NCBI GenBank assembly: GCA_963803435.1
Contig: CAWDML010000003.1
Span: 960,001 to 1,024,000 of the forward strand
Reading direction: 5' to 3'
From: an uncultured delta proteobacterium
GTDB lineage: Bacteria; Myxococcota; Kuafuiibacteriia; Kuafuiibacteriales; Kuafuiibacteriaceae
Length of the DNA stretch: 64,000 bases
A model generated the notes under the pieces. That model worked only from the letters and a program-made list of their open reading frames with translations. It had not been told where the DNA came from and did no database searches. Numbering within the stretch: position 1 is the stretch's first letter; every line of letters starts with the position of its first letter. The position numbers were made by a program, and so were the translations under genes. Shown one piece after another: positions 42,117-50,652 of the stretch.

Positions 42117-42974
42117 ATGGCGTCCTTCGATCCGAGCGGAAAGCTGGTCCTGATCACCGGCGGGGCCCGGGGCATCGGACGTGTCACCGCCTCTCGGTTC
42201 GCCGCGGACGGGGCCCGGGTGGTGATCGCCGATCTGGACGGCGGCGTCGCCGAGGAGACGGCGAAGGAGCTGGCCCTCGGCGGTGCGCGGGCACTCGACG
42301 TGGCTGACGGCCCCGCGTTCAAGTCGCTCGTCGAGGAGCTCGAGGCGAAGGAAGGTCCGATCGACGTCCTCATCAACAACGCCGGGATCATGTCGCTCGG
42401 TGGGTTCACGGAGCAGGCGCCGCGAAACGACGAGAAGCAGATCGGCGTGAACCTCCTCGGTGTCATCAACGGCATGCGCGCGGTCTTGCCGCGCATGGCC
42501 AAGCGGCAGCGCGGGCGGATCGTCAACGTGGCCTCGCAGGCGGGTCGGATCGGGGTGCCGGCTGCCGCGGTCTACTCGGCGACGAAGCACGCCGTCTGCG
42601 GGCTGACGGAGTCGGTGCGGCTCGAGTATCGCGGGTCCGGGATCCGCTTCACCTACGTGCTGCCCGCGCCCGTGCGGACGGAGCTGTTCGCCGGGGCCAA
42701 GGAGCTCAAGTTTCCGCCCCTGGTGGAGCCCGAGGACGTGGCGGACGCGATCCTCGACGCCGTTCGCACCGGAAAGCTCGAGGTCTACGTGCCGAAGATC
42801 GGCCGGCTGCTGGCGATCCTCCCCGGCATCCTCCCGCTCCGGCTGCGGGATCGGATCGGCGACCTGCTGGGGCTGGGGAAGATGTTCACCGACTTCGATC
42901 CGGAGGCCCGCAAGCTCTACGCCGCCCGCACGACCGAGCGCGACGCCCGGCCCGATCTCAAGGTCCTGCGCTGA
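42117..42974 (+). CDS. SDR family oxidoreductase
   Basis: TGGARGIG, NNAG, YSATK. Confidence 0.93.
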   Translation: MASFDPSGKLVLITGGARGIGRVTASRFAADGARVVIADLDGGVAEETAKELALGGARALDVADGPAFKSLVEELEAKEGPIDVLINNAGIMSLGGFTEQAPRNDEKQIGVNLLGVINGMRAVLPRMAKRQRGRIVNVASQAGRIGVPAAAVYSATKHAVCGLTESVRLEYRGSGIRFTYVLPAPVRTELFAGAKELKFPPLVEPEDVADAILDAVRTGKLEVYVPKIGRLLAILPGILPLRLRDRIGDLLGLGKMFTDFDPEARKLYAARTTERDARPDLKVLR

Positions 42975-43542
42975 CCGCGAGCGCGCGCAGCGATCCGATC
43001 TCGACGATCTCCTCGAGCGCCCCGTGGCTCACGATCACCGTGGGGATCGTCGTCGCCACGCCGCGGGCCAGCTGCAGCACGCGCGCGCGCAGGCGGGCGT
43101 CGAGGGGTGACAGGGGCTCGTCGAGCAAGAGCAGCCGCTCTGCGGCCAGGACCGCGCGGCCCACGCCGACGCGCCGCCTCTCTCCGCCCGAGAGCTCGCG
43201 GGGGCGCCGCGCGAGCAGCGGCTCCAGCTCGAGCGCGTCGACCACGGCCTCGAGGCTCGCCGCGCGCCGTCCGAACCGCAGGTTCCGCTCCACGGTCAGG
43301 TGAGGGAACAGGCGATCGTCCTGGAAGGCGTAGCCCACGCCCCGGCGGTGCGGTGGGAGCGCCTGGAGCGCCACCCCATCGAGCGTCACGGTGCCCCGCG
43401 CGGGGACCAGGCCCGCCAGCAGATCGAGCAGCGTCGACTTGCCGGAGCCCGATGGGCCGCTGACGACGGAGAACGCGCCGAGCGTCCCGCAGTAGTGCGC
43501 CGCGTACGCGCCCCGCGTGACCTGCGCGTCGAACGCGATCAC
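42958..43542 (-). CDS. modC: Molybdate ABC transporter ATP-binding subunit (short, no TOBE domain)
   Basis: GPSGSGKS, FQDDRLFPHL, LSGGE, LLLDEP. Confidence 0.8.
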   Translation of the reverse strand: MIAFDAQVTRGAYAAHYCGTLGAFSVVSGPSGSGKSTLLDLLAGLVPARGTVTLDGVALQALPPHRRGVGYAFQDDRLFPHLTVERNLRFGRRAASLEAVVDALELEPLLARRPRELSGGERRRVGVGRAVLAAERLLLLDEPLSPLDARLRARVLQLARGVATTIPTVIVSHGALEEIVEIGSLRALAVSAGP

Positions 43543-44204
43543 GGGCGCCTCCGGCTCAGAGCTTCGCTGGCCACCAGCGCGAGGATCGCCAGCACCAGCG
43601 ACACGAGGACCAATCGCGCCGCGGTGGCGTCGCCATCGGGGCGCTGGAGCGCGGAGTAGATCGCGAGGGGGAGCGTGCGCGTCCGCCCGGCCACGTTGCC
43701 GGCGAAGGTGATGGTGGCGCCGAACTCGCCCAGGCTACGGGCGAACGCCAGGAGCGCGCCCGTGATGACACCGGGAGCCGCCAGCGGGAGGGCGATGCGG
43801 AGGAACAGCGCGATCGGAGCGGCGCCGAGCGAGCTGCCGGCCTCGAGGAGCTTCGGATCGATCGCCTCGAAGGACTGGCGGATGGCGCGGACCGCCAGTG
43901 GGAACGCCACCACCGCGGAAGCGAGGGCGGCGCCGGCCGCGTGGAAGGGGAGCTCGACCCCGAAGACGTCGAACAGCGGACCGCCGAGGAGACCGCGGCG
44001 GCCCACCAGCACCAGGAGCAGGTATCCGGTCACGACGGGGGGTAGCACCAGCGGGGCGGTGACGAGCGCCTCGACGAGCGCCTTCCCGAAGAAGCGGCGC
44101 CGCGCCAGGAACCAGGCCATCGCGATGGCTGGCGGCAACAAGAGCAGCACCGCCGACCCCGACACGACCAAGGAGAGCAGGACGATCTGCTGGGTGTCGC
44201 TCAT
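43539..44204 (-). CDS. modB: Molybdate ABC transporter permease
   Basis: PLVLPPVVTGY, FARSLGEFGAT, TRTLPLAIY. Confidence 0.95.
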   Translation of the reverse strand: MSDTQQIVLLSLVVSGSAVLLLLPPAIAMAWFLARRRFFGKALVEALVTAPLVLPPVVTGYLLLVLVGRRGLLGGPLFDVFGVELPFHAAGAALASAVVAFPLAVRAIRQSFEAIDPKLLEAGSSLGAAPIALFLRIALPLAAPGVITGALLAFARSLGEFGATITFAGNVAGRTRTLPLAIYSALQRPDGDATAARLVLVSLVLAILALVASEALSRRRP

Positions 44205-44869
44205 GGCGGAAGGAAGCCGAAGCGTCCCAGGACCCTCTGTCCGTCGGGCGCGGTGAGCCGATCGAAGAGCGCCTTCGCCCGGGGATCGAGCAGGACGGCC
44301 GCGTAGTGGATGGGCGTGGGGGTCTCGAGCTCCGCGACGATCCGGACCTTGGTCGAGAGGAGGGCGTCGGTGCGGTAGACGATCCCGGCGTCCACCTCGC
44401 CGCGCTCCACCAGCGCGAGCGCGGCCCGGACGTCGGCTGCGGCGGCAACCGAGCCCTCGCGATAGCGACCCAGCTTCTGCAAGGCAGCCTGCGCGTACTT
44501 GCCGGCGGGTACATGGCTGGGATCGCCGAGGGCGAGCCTCCCCGAGAGGAGGGCATCGGCCGAGCGGCGCTCGTCGTTGGGCGCGATCAGGACCAGCCGG
44601 TTGCTCGCGATGATCTTCTGCGCCTGCACCGGAATGTGGGTCGCGAGATAGTCGGCCCACTCGAGGTCGGCGGAGATGAAGAGGTCGGCCTCGGCGCCCG
44701 AGGCGATCTGGCGGGCGAGGACGGACGAGGCTGCGGCGCTGATCTCGGCGCCGTCGGCCAGGGCTTCGACGGGCTCCTGCATCGAGGCCGCCGTGAAGAT
44801 GCGGAGGGCGTCGGGCCCCTCCGCGCGGCAGGCGAGCGGCAGTACCAGCAGCGCGAGCTCAATTCGCAT
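44201..44869 (-). CDS. modA: Molybdate ABC transporter substrate-binding protein
   Basis: AASM, ASSVLARQI, DLFISAD, HVPAGKYA, VYRTDA. Confidence 0.93.
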   Translation of the reverse strand: MRIELALLVLPLACRAEGPDALRIFTAASMQEPVEALADGAEISAAASSVLARQIASGAEADLFISADLEWADYLATHIPVQAQKIIASNRLVLIAPNDERRSADALLSGRLALGDPSHVPAGKYAQAALQKLGRYREGSVAAAADVRAALALVERGEVDAGIVYRTDALLSTKVRIVAELETPTPIHYAAVLLDPRAKALFDRLTAPDGQRVLGRFGFLPP

Positions 44870-45875
44870 GCGCGAGCCCTCCGCAGCGCTCGGCGTCGAT
44901 CCCGGGGAGGGCGGCGAGGGCCTGCCGGAACGGCCGGCTCTGGATCGCAGCCACCAGCGCCTCGCCGCGCGGGTCGTCGAGGAGCTCGGTCGGGACGGCC
45001 AGGTCGTAGAGCGCGGTCTCGACGGAGAGGAACCCGAGGCCCCGCTCGAGCGCCGCCAGCCGGAGCGAGACGCCGGCCTCGGCAAAGCCGCTGGCGACGA
45101 TGTCGGCGACGGCGCGGTGATCGCGCGCGGTCCGAGCCAGGTCGTGCGGCCGGCGCGCGGGCGGGGCGGCGTCGAGGACGCGGTCGAGGCAGGCGCGTGC
45201 GCCCGAACCGATCGGACGGCTCACCCAGACGGCCTCGGGACGGATCAAATCCTCCGTGGTGGTCGGGCCGGCACGTCGGTGGGCGAGCCCGACGTCCCAC
45301 GCCGCCACCGACAGCAGCGCTCGACCCGGCGCCGCGGTTCGGTGTCGATCCGGATCCTCCCGCGTGGCCAGGTGGATGCCGGCGGCGTGGACGAGTCCGG
45401 CGTCGAGGAGCGCGAGCGCGTCGCGGCTCGAGCGTGCGAGCGCGATCAGGCGGACGCCGCGCTCGGCCAGCGCGCCGGCTAGGATCGGCGCCAGCGGATC
45501 ACAGGTCGCGACCACGAGCGTGCGGTCGAGCGGCGCCTCTTCGAGCAGGTCGGGGATTGGGGGCCCCGCCAGGAGGGGCTCGAGCGGATAGCCCACGATG
45601 CGGCCGCCGACCCGCGCCGCGTAGAAGGCTGGGGCGGCGGGCGCGGCCCACGCGTCCACCGCCTCCGGCGCGAACAGTCGCTCGACGGTGGTCCCGAGGG
45701 CCTTCGCCAGCGCCAGGGCGGCGTCGACGGAGGGCGCGCTGCGGCCGTTCTCCAGGGCGGAGAGGGTCGCGCGGGGGACGCCCGCCCGGGCCGCCAGCTC
45801 AACCTGCGACCAGCCGCGACGGCGGCGCTCGACCGCCAGGCGGTAACGCTCTGGTCGGTCGATTGCCCGGCCCAT
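44859..45875 (-). CDS. XRE-HTH + periplasmic-binding-like (PBP) regulator of mod operon
   Basis: WSQVELAARAG...ENGRSAPS HTH; CDP, AGIHL, RPIGSGAR, DHRAVA, YDL. Confidence 0.85.
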   Translation of the reverse strand: MGRAIDRPERYRLAVERRRRGWSQVELAARAGVPRATLSALENGRSAPSVDAALALAKALGTTVERLFAPEAVDAWAAPAAPAFYAARVGGRIVGYPLEPLLAGPPIPDLLEEAPLDRTLVVATCDPLAPILAGALAERGVRLIALARSSRDALALLDAGLVHAAGIHLATREDPDRHRTAAPGRALLSVAAWDVGLAHRRAGPTTTEDLIRPEAVWVSRPIGSGARACLDRVLDAAPPARRPHDLARTARDHRAVADIVASGFAEAGVSLRLAALERGLGFLSVETALYDLAVPTELLDDPRGEALVAAIQSRPFRQALAALPGIDAERCGGLAHAN

Positions 45876-46083
45876 GACAGAATCTCATCCGCTCTCGCTC
45901 GAATTCGGGCAACCAGGATCGGCGAGCGGTGTCATCATGCTGAAATCGAAGTTCGTAACTGCTGGCAACTCTTGCCCTTCTCCAGGTGCACCGCAACCGG
46001 CGGCACCGCAGTGTTGCTGTGATCGAGGTGCACTTTGCACACGACCGGGTTGCGTGTGGCGGCCGATCCACTGGGGGGCATCC

Positions 46084-46099
46084 TGGCCTGGCCTTTGCC
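46084..46099 (+). promoter_or_regulatory. Candidate sigma-54 promoter
   Basis: TGGCCTGGCCTTTGCC = GG-N10-GC, ~55 bp before ATG with AAGGAG RBS. Confidence 0.6.
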
Positions 46100-46153
46100 T
46101 TACCAGGAGACGTCGCTAGGACAGGCGACGCCAGAGAGAAGGAGTTCGGCTCA

Positions 46154-47251
46154 ATGCAATCCATCCATCAACTGCTCGGCGGGTCCTATCTGCTCCGCGC
46201 GCTGGGGCTCCCGGTCGACAACGTCATCCAGGGCCTCGAGGACTTCCACGACCAGTTCTACCAGCTCCAGGGCCTGCAGGACACGTTCAGCCTCTGCGCC
46301 GGGATGATGGGCGCCAACATGCTGGCGAACCTGCTCCAGAACGGTGGGATCCCAGGCGCGATGTTCATGCCGCCGCCCAATCAGGGCAGCTGCGGGTGCG
46401 GCGGCCAGTACGCGCCCTCCGTCGGCTTCGACTTCGGCGCGGCTCCCGGTCAGAGCCCGTTCAGCCTGGGATCGCTCATGCAGCGCCAGCGCGGCGGCAT
46501 GTTCGAGCAGTTCCTCCAGCAGAATCCGTTCGCGCGGGCGCAGGTGGAGATGATGCTGGGCGGGCGGATCCTCCCCGACGGCCTCCCCGACGGCCGGATC
46601 CGCGTGCAGCCGTTCTCCGCGGGCGGCATCCCCGGCGGCGCCAACCCGGCCGCCATGTCCGCGCTCGGCGTCCTCGATCAGCTCTCCCGCGCCGCCATGG
46701 CGACCGGCATGCCGCAGGCGTTCGGCCCCGGCATGTTCCAGTCGATGATGCTGGGCGCGCTCAACAACGTGCTCAATCAGGGCGGCGGCGGGAACAACCG
46801 CGGGTTTGATCTCTTCAACCCCGGCGATTTCCTCGGCGATGGTGGCGCCCCCTTCCAGCGGGGCGTGAACAGCCCGACCCAGGGCGCGTTCGGGATCGAG
46901 CCGGAGAACGGCGATGCGTCCGGCATTCTCAACGACTCGAGCCTCACCGTCGAAGACAAGGTCTGCCTCATGATCATGCTGATCATGAAGAAGATGGATA
47001 AGGACATCGAGAAGATGGCCAACTACATCAACCAGCTCCAGCAGCAACAGAACGGCGGCGGCGGCGGCAAGGGCGGTGGAAAGGGTGGCAAGGGCGGTGG
47101 CGGCGGCGGAAGCAGCCCGTCGATCGACGTCGAGACGATGAAGCTGAAGCGCCTGATCGACAAGCGCTCGCAGATGTTCGACATGCTCCGGCAGATCATC
47201 GACAAGTACAACCAGACCGCCAAGGGCATCATCGACTCCATGGGCCGCTGA
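46154..47251 (+). CDS. Hypothetical Gly/Gln/Met-rich protein with T3SS needle/translocator-like C-terminal helix
   Basis: Strong RBS; no Sec signal; ends KLKRLIDKRSQMFDMLRQIIDKYNQTAKGIIDSMGR. Confidence 0.7.
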   Translation: MQSIHQLLGGSYLLRALGLPVDNVIQGLEDFHDQFYQLQGLQDTFSLCAGMMGANMLANLLQNGGIPGAMFMPPPNQGSCGCGGQYAPSVGFDFGAAPGQSPFSLGSLMQRQRGGMFEQFLQQNPFARAQVEMMLGGRILPDGLPDGRIRVQPFSAGGIPGGANPAAMSALGVLDQLSRAAMATGMPQAFGPGMFQSMMLGALNNVLNQGGGGNNRGFDLFNPGDFLGDGGAPFQRGVNSPTQGAFGIEPENGDASGILNDSSLTVEDKVCLMIMLIMKKMDKDIEKMANYINQLQQQQNGGGGGKGGGKGGKGGGGGGSSPSIDVETMKLKRLIDKRSQMFDMLRQIIDKYNQTAKGIIDSMGR

Positions 47252-47314
47252 TTCCTCCCGCGCTTCGCTTGCGCGTGGCGAGGCCGGCCGCTTTCGTGGT
47301 CTCCTTCGCGGTGC

Positions 47315-49162
47315 GTGGTCCGGCCGTTCCCCGACAAGAAGAAGTCGACGATCCGGTGGTCCGAGGTCGTCGACTCGATGCGCCAGATGCCGCGCGCGAT
47401 GCGGCTCGTCCTCGAGGCCAGCATCGGGAGCGCCCTCGGCATCGTGATCTCGGGGCTGGTGCGATCGCTGATCCCGCTGGCGGTGGCGTGGGTGGGGAAG
47501 CTGATCGTCGACGGCGTCGTCGTCGCCGTGAAGACGCATGATCCCGAGGCCCAGCGGCAGGTGCTGATGTGGGTCGCGCTCGAGTTCGCGCTGATGGCGC
47601 TGACCGGGCTGATCACCGGGGTGCAAGGCCTGTTGCGGTCGCTGCTCGGGGCCCGGCTCGCGTACGTCATCAACATCAAGATCCTGGAGAAGGCGCTGAC
47701 GCTCGACCTGATCCACTTCGAGAACCCGGAGGTCTACGACAAGCTCCAAAACGCGCGGCGGGAGGCCAGCTCGCGGCCCTTGAACCTTTTCGTCAACGGC
47801 GTCGATCTCGTGGGCAACGTCATCACGCTCGCGTCCTACGGCGTCCTGCTGCTGACGTTCGACTGGCTGACGCTCCTGATCCTGGTGGTCGCCACGGTGC
47901 CGGCGTTCGTCGTCGAGGCGCGGTTCTCCGGGGAGGCGTTCCGCCTGTTCTCCTGGCGCGCGCCCGAGTCACGCAAGATGCGCTACCTCGAGCTGGTCCT
48001 CACCTGGGACACCCACGCCAAGGAGGTGAAGCTGTACCAGCTCGCCGAGGAGATCATGAAGCGCTATCGCGCGCTCTACGACGAGCTCTTCGACGAGGAG
48101 CGCTCCCTCTCGATCCGCCGCGCCGTGTGGGGCTTCGTGCTGGGCCTGATCTCCACGATCGCGCTCTACGGATGCTACGCGTGGATCGTGGCCCGCACGG
48201 TGGCCGGGATCCTCACGCTGGGCGACATGACCCTCTACATCAGCGTGTTCCGCCAGGGGCAGGGCGCCCTTCGGAACATCCTCAAGGCGATCGGTACGAC
48301 GTACGAGGACAACCTCTTCATGTCGAACCTCTTCTCCTTCTTCGAGATCCCAACGGCGGGTGAGGTCCCGGCGCGCTACGATCCGGGTGAGGCCGCCCTC
48401 GAGCGCACGGGCTTCGTGCTGGAGAACGTGTCCTTCCGCTATCCGGGCACCGAGAAGTGGGCGCTTCACGACGTCAGCCTTCGCATCGACGCGAACGAGA
48501 GCCTGGCGATCGTCGGTGAAAACGGGGCCGGCAAGACCACGCTGATCAAGCTGCTGACCGGCCTCTATCAGCCGGTCTCCGGCACGATCACGCTGGATGG
48601 CAGGCCGCTCTCCTCGTTTCCGCCCGAGGTGCTGCGCCGCCGCTTTGGGGTGGTGTTGCAGGACTTCGTCCGCTACCAGTTCACGGCCCGCGACAACGTC
48701 GGGCTGGGCCGTCCCGATCGCCTGACCGACGACGACATGATCGTGGCGGCCGCCGAGAAGGGCGGGGCGAAGGCGCCGATCGACGCGCTCCCCCATGGCT
48801 TCGACACGCAGCTCGGCCGCTGGTTCGAGGGCGGCGTCGAGCTCTCCACCGGCAACTGGCAGAAGGTCGCGGTCTCGCGCGCGTTCATGCGCGAGGCCGA
48901 TATCCTGGTCCTCGACGAGCCGACGGCCGCGCTCGACGCCGAAGCCGAGCACGCGCTCTTCCAGCGCTTCCGCCAGCTCACTGACGGCAAGATGGCGCTC
49001 TTGATCTCGCACCGCTTCTCCACCGTTCGCATGGCCGATCGGATCGTGGTCCTCGCGGGCGGGCAGGTGGAGGAGATCGGGACGCACGGCGAGCTCTTGG
49101 AGAAGGGCGGGCGCTATGCGCACCTGTTCAACCTGCAGGCCAAGGGCTACGCGATCGATTGA
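47315..49162 (+). CDS. ABC exporter, fused permease/ATPase
   Basis: TM domain; GENGAGKTT, LSTGNWQK, LDEPT, ISHRFSTVR. Confidence 0.93.
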   Translation: MVRPFPDKKKSTIRWSEVVDSMRQMPRAMRLVLEASIGSALGIVISGLVRSLIPLAVAWVGKLIVDGVVVAVKTHDPEAQRQVLMWVALEFALMALTGLITGVQGLLRSLLGARLAYVINIKILEKALTLDLIHFENPEVYDKLQNARREASSRPLNLFVNGVDLVGNVITLASYGVLLLTFDWLTLLILVVATVPAFVVEARFSGEAFRLFSWRAPESRKMRYLELVLTWDTHAKEVKLYQLAEEIMKRYRALYDELFDEERSLSIRRAVWGFVLGLISTIALYGCYAWIVARTVAGILTLGDMTLYISVFRQGQGALRNILKAIGTTYEDNLFMSNLFSFFEIPTAGEVPARYDPGEAALERTGFVLENVSFRYPGTEKWALHDVSLRIDANESLAIVGENGAGKTTLIKLLTGLYQPVSGTITLDGRPLSSFPPEVLRRRFGVVLQDFVRYQFTARDNVGLGRPDRLTDDDMIVAAAEKGGAKAPIDALPHGFDTQLGRWFEGGVELSTGNWQKVAVSRAFMREADILVLDEPTAALDAEAEHALFQRFRQLTDGKMALLISHRFSTVRMADRIVVLAGGQVEEIGTHGELLEKGGRYAHLFNLQAKGYAID

Positions 49163-49169
49163 GGCGCGC

Positions 49170-49427
49170 TCAGCCGCCGCTCAACGCCTGGACGAGCACG
49201 ACCGCGTCGGTCGGCTCGAGCCGGTGCGTCATCTCGAACACCTGCTCGCCGTTGACGAAGAACCGCATGTGGGGGCGCATCGTCTCCTGCTCGTCGATCA
49301 CCCGGAAGCGGATCCCGGGATAGCGGCGGTCGAGATCGTCGAGGAGCGCGGCGATCGTCGCGCCCTCCGCCTCCACCACCTTCTCCTTGGTGTACGAGCG
49401 CAGCGGAGTCGGGATCAGGACCTTCAC
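49170..49427 (-). CDS. MoaD/ThiS ubiquitin-like protein
   Basis: IPTPLRSY...RYPGI...FVNG...ALSGG C-terminal di-glycine. Confidence 0.9.
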   Translation of the reverse strand: MKVLIPTPLRSYTKEKVVEAEGATIAALLDDLDRRYPGIRFRVIDEQETMRPHMRFFVNGEQVFEMTHRLEPTDAVVLVQALSGG

Positions 49428-50599
49428 AGCTCGGTGGCCTCGACCGCGTAGATCTCGGGGAGGTCCTGAGCGATGCAGCTCCAGCGCTCGCCCTCGTCCC
49501 GGCTCATCCAGAGCGACCCGCCGGTGGTGCCGAAGTACAGGCCGACCGGATCCTTGCTGTCGGCCGTCATCGCCTGCCGCTTGACGGTCCACCAGGCCTG
49601 GCTCTCGGGCATGCCGGCGTCGAGGCGCTGCCACTTCTTCCCGCCGTTCCTGGTCGCGTAGACCGCAGGCGCGCCGCCCGGGCTGGTGCGCGGCCAGACC
49701 GAGGTCCCGTCCATCGGGAACACCCAGGCGGTGTCGGGGTCGCGGGGATGGACGACCATCGGGAAGCCGACGTCGCCCACCTTCTTCGGCATCTTGGTCC
49801 CGATCCGCACCCAGGTGGTCGACGGCCGATCCAGGCGATAGATGCCGCAGTGGTTCTGCTGATAGAGGCGGTCGGGCTGGCTGGGCGCCATCCGGACGCA
49901 GTGCGGATCGTGGAAGGAGAGGTTCGTCGGATCGAAGCCCTCGACCACCTCCATCCCGTCGATGAGCGGCGTCCAGGTCGCGCCCCGATCGGTCGATTCG
50001 TGCACGCCGCCGCTCGACATGCCGAGGTACAGATGGGCCGGATCCCGGGGGTCGACCAGGATCGAGTGCATCTTCGGTCCGTTGGGCGTGCCGTCCTGCG
50101 AGCCGCCCATCCAGGAGCGGTACTGCTCGTTGTCGTTCAGCCCGGGCATCGGCTGCCAGGTGACGCCGGCATCTTCGGAGCGGAAGAGACCGTGGGGCGA
50201 GGTGCCCGCGTACCAGACGCCCGCCTCGTCCGCGTGACCCGGCGTGAGCCAGAATGTGTGATCGACCGTGCGTCCCTTCTCGCCCTCGGGCACCTTGGGG
50301 AACGCGGGCGGTCGCTCCGCCTCCTTCCAGCTCCGGCCGAGATCCGTCGAGCGGAAGACGGTCGGTCCCAGATGTCCGGTCTTCGCCGCCGCCAAGAGCG
50401 TCTTCCAATCGCGCGGATCGAGCACCACGTGGTTGATGATGTGGCCGAGGAAGTGCGGACCATCGACGGCCCAGCTCTTCCGCTTCGAGTCGCTCCGGTA
50501 GAACCATGCGCCCTTGCGCGTGGCGACCAGCACCACGACGCCCCGCTTGGCCTTGGAGCCTTTCGCTTTCTTGGTGGGTTTCTTTGGGGCGCGCGACAT
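49424..50599 (-). CDS. BNR/Asp-box beta-propeller (sialidase-like) protein
   Basis: VATRKG; repeated SxDxGxxW boxes; QQNHCGIY; GFP. Confidence 0.88.
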   Translation of the reverse strand: MSRAPKKPTKKAKGSKAKRGVVVLVATRKGAWFYRSDSKRKSWAVDGPHFLGHIINHVVLDPRDWKTLLAAAKTGHLGPTVFRSTDLGRSWKEAERPPAFPKVPEGEKGRTVDHTFWLTPGHADEAGVWYAGTSPHGLFRSEDAGVTWQPMPGLNDNEQYRSWMGGSQDGTPNGPKMHSILVDPRDPAHLYLGMSSGGVHESTDRGATWTPLIDGMEVVEGFDPTNLSFHDPHCVRMAPSQPDRLYQQNHCGIYRLDRPSTTWVRIGTKMPKKVGDVGFPMVVHPRDPDTAWVFPMDGTSVWPRTSPGGAPAVYATRNGGKKWQRLDAGMPESQAWWTVKRQAMTADSKDPVGLYFGTTGGSLWMSRDEGERWSCIAQDLPEIYAVEATEL

Positions 50600-50652
50600 G
50601 GCCGGTGCTCCTACTCCGAAGGTGGGCGTCACGTCGAGCCGGGAGATCGCGC

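Noticed and set aside
45963-45975. TGGCAACTCTTGC as a sigma-54 promoter
   Set aside because: Only 8 nt between GG and GC; 10 are required
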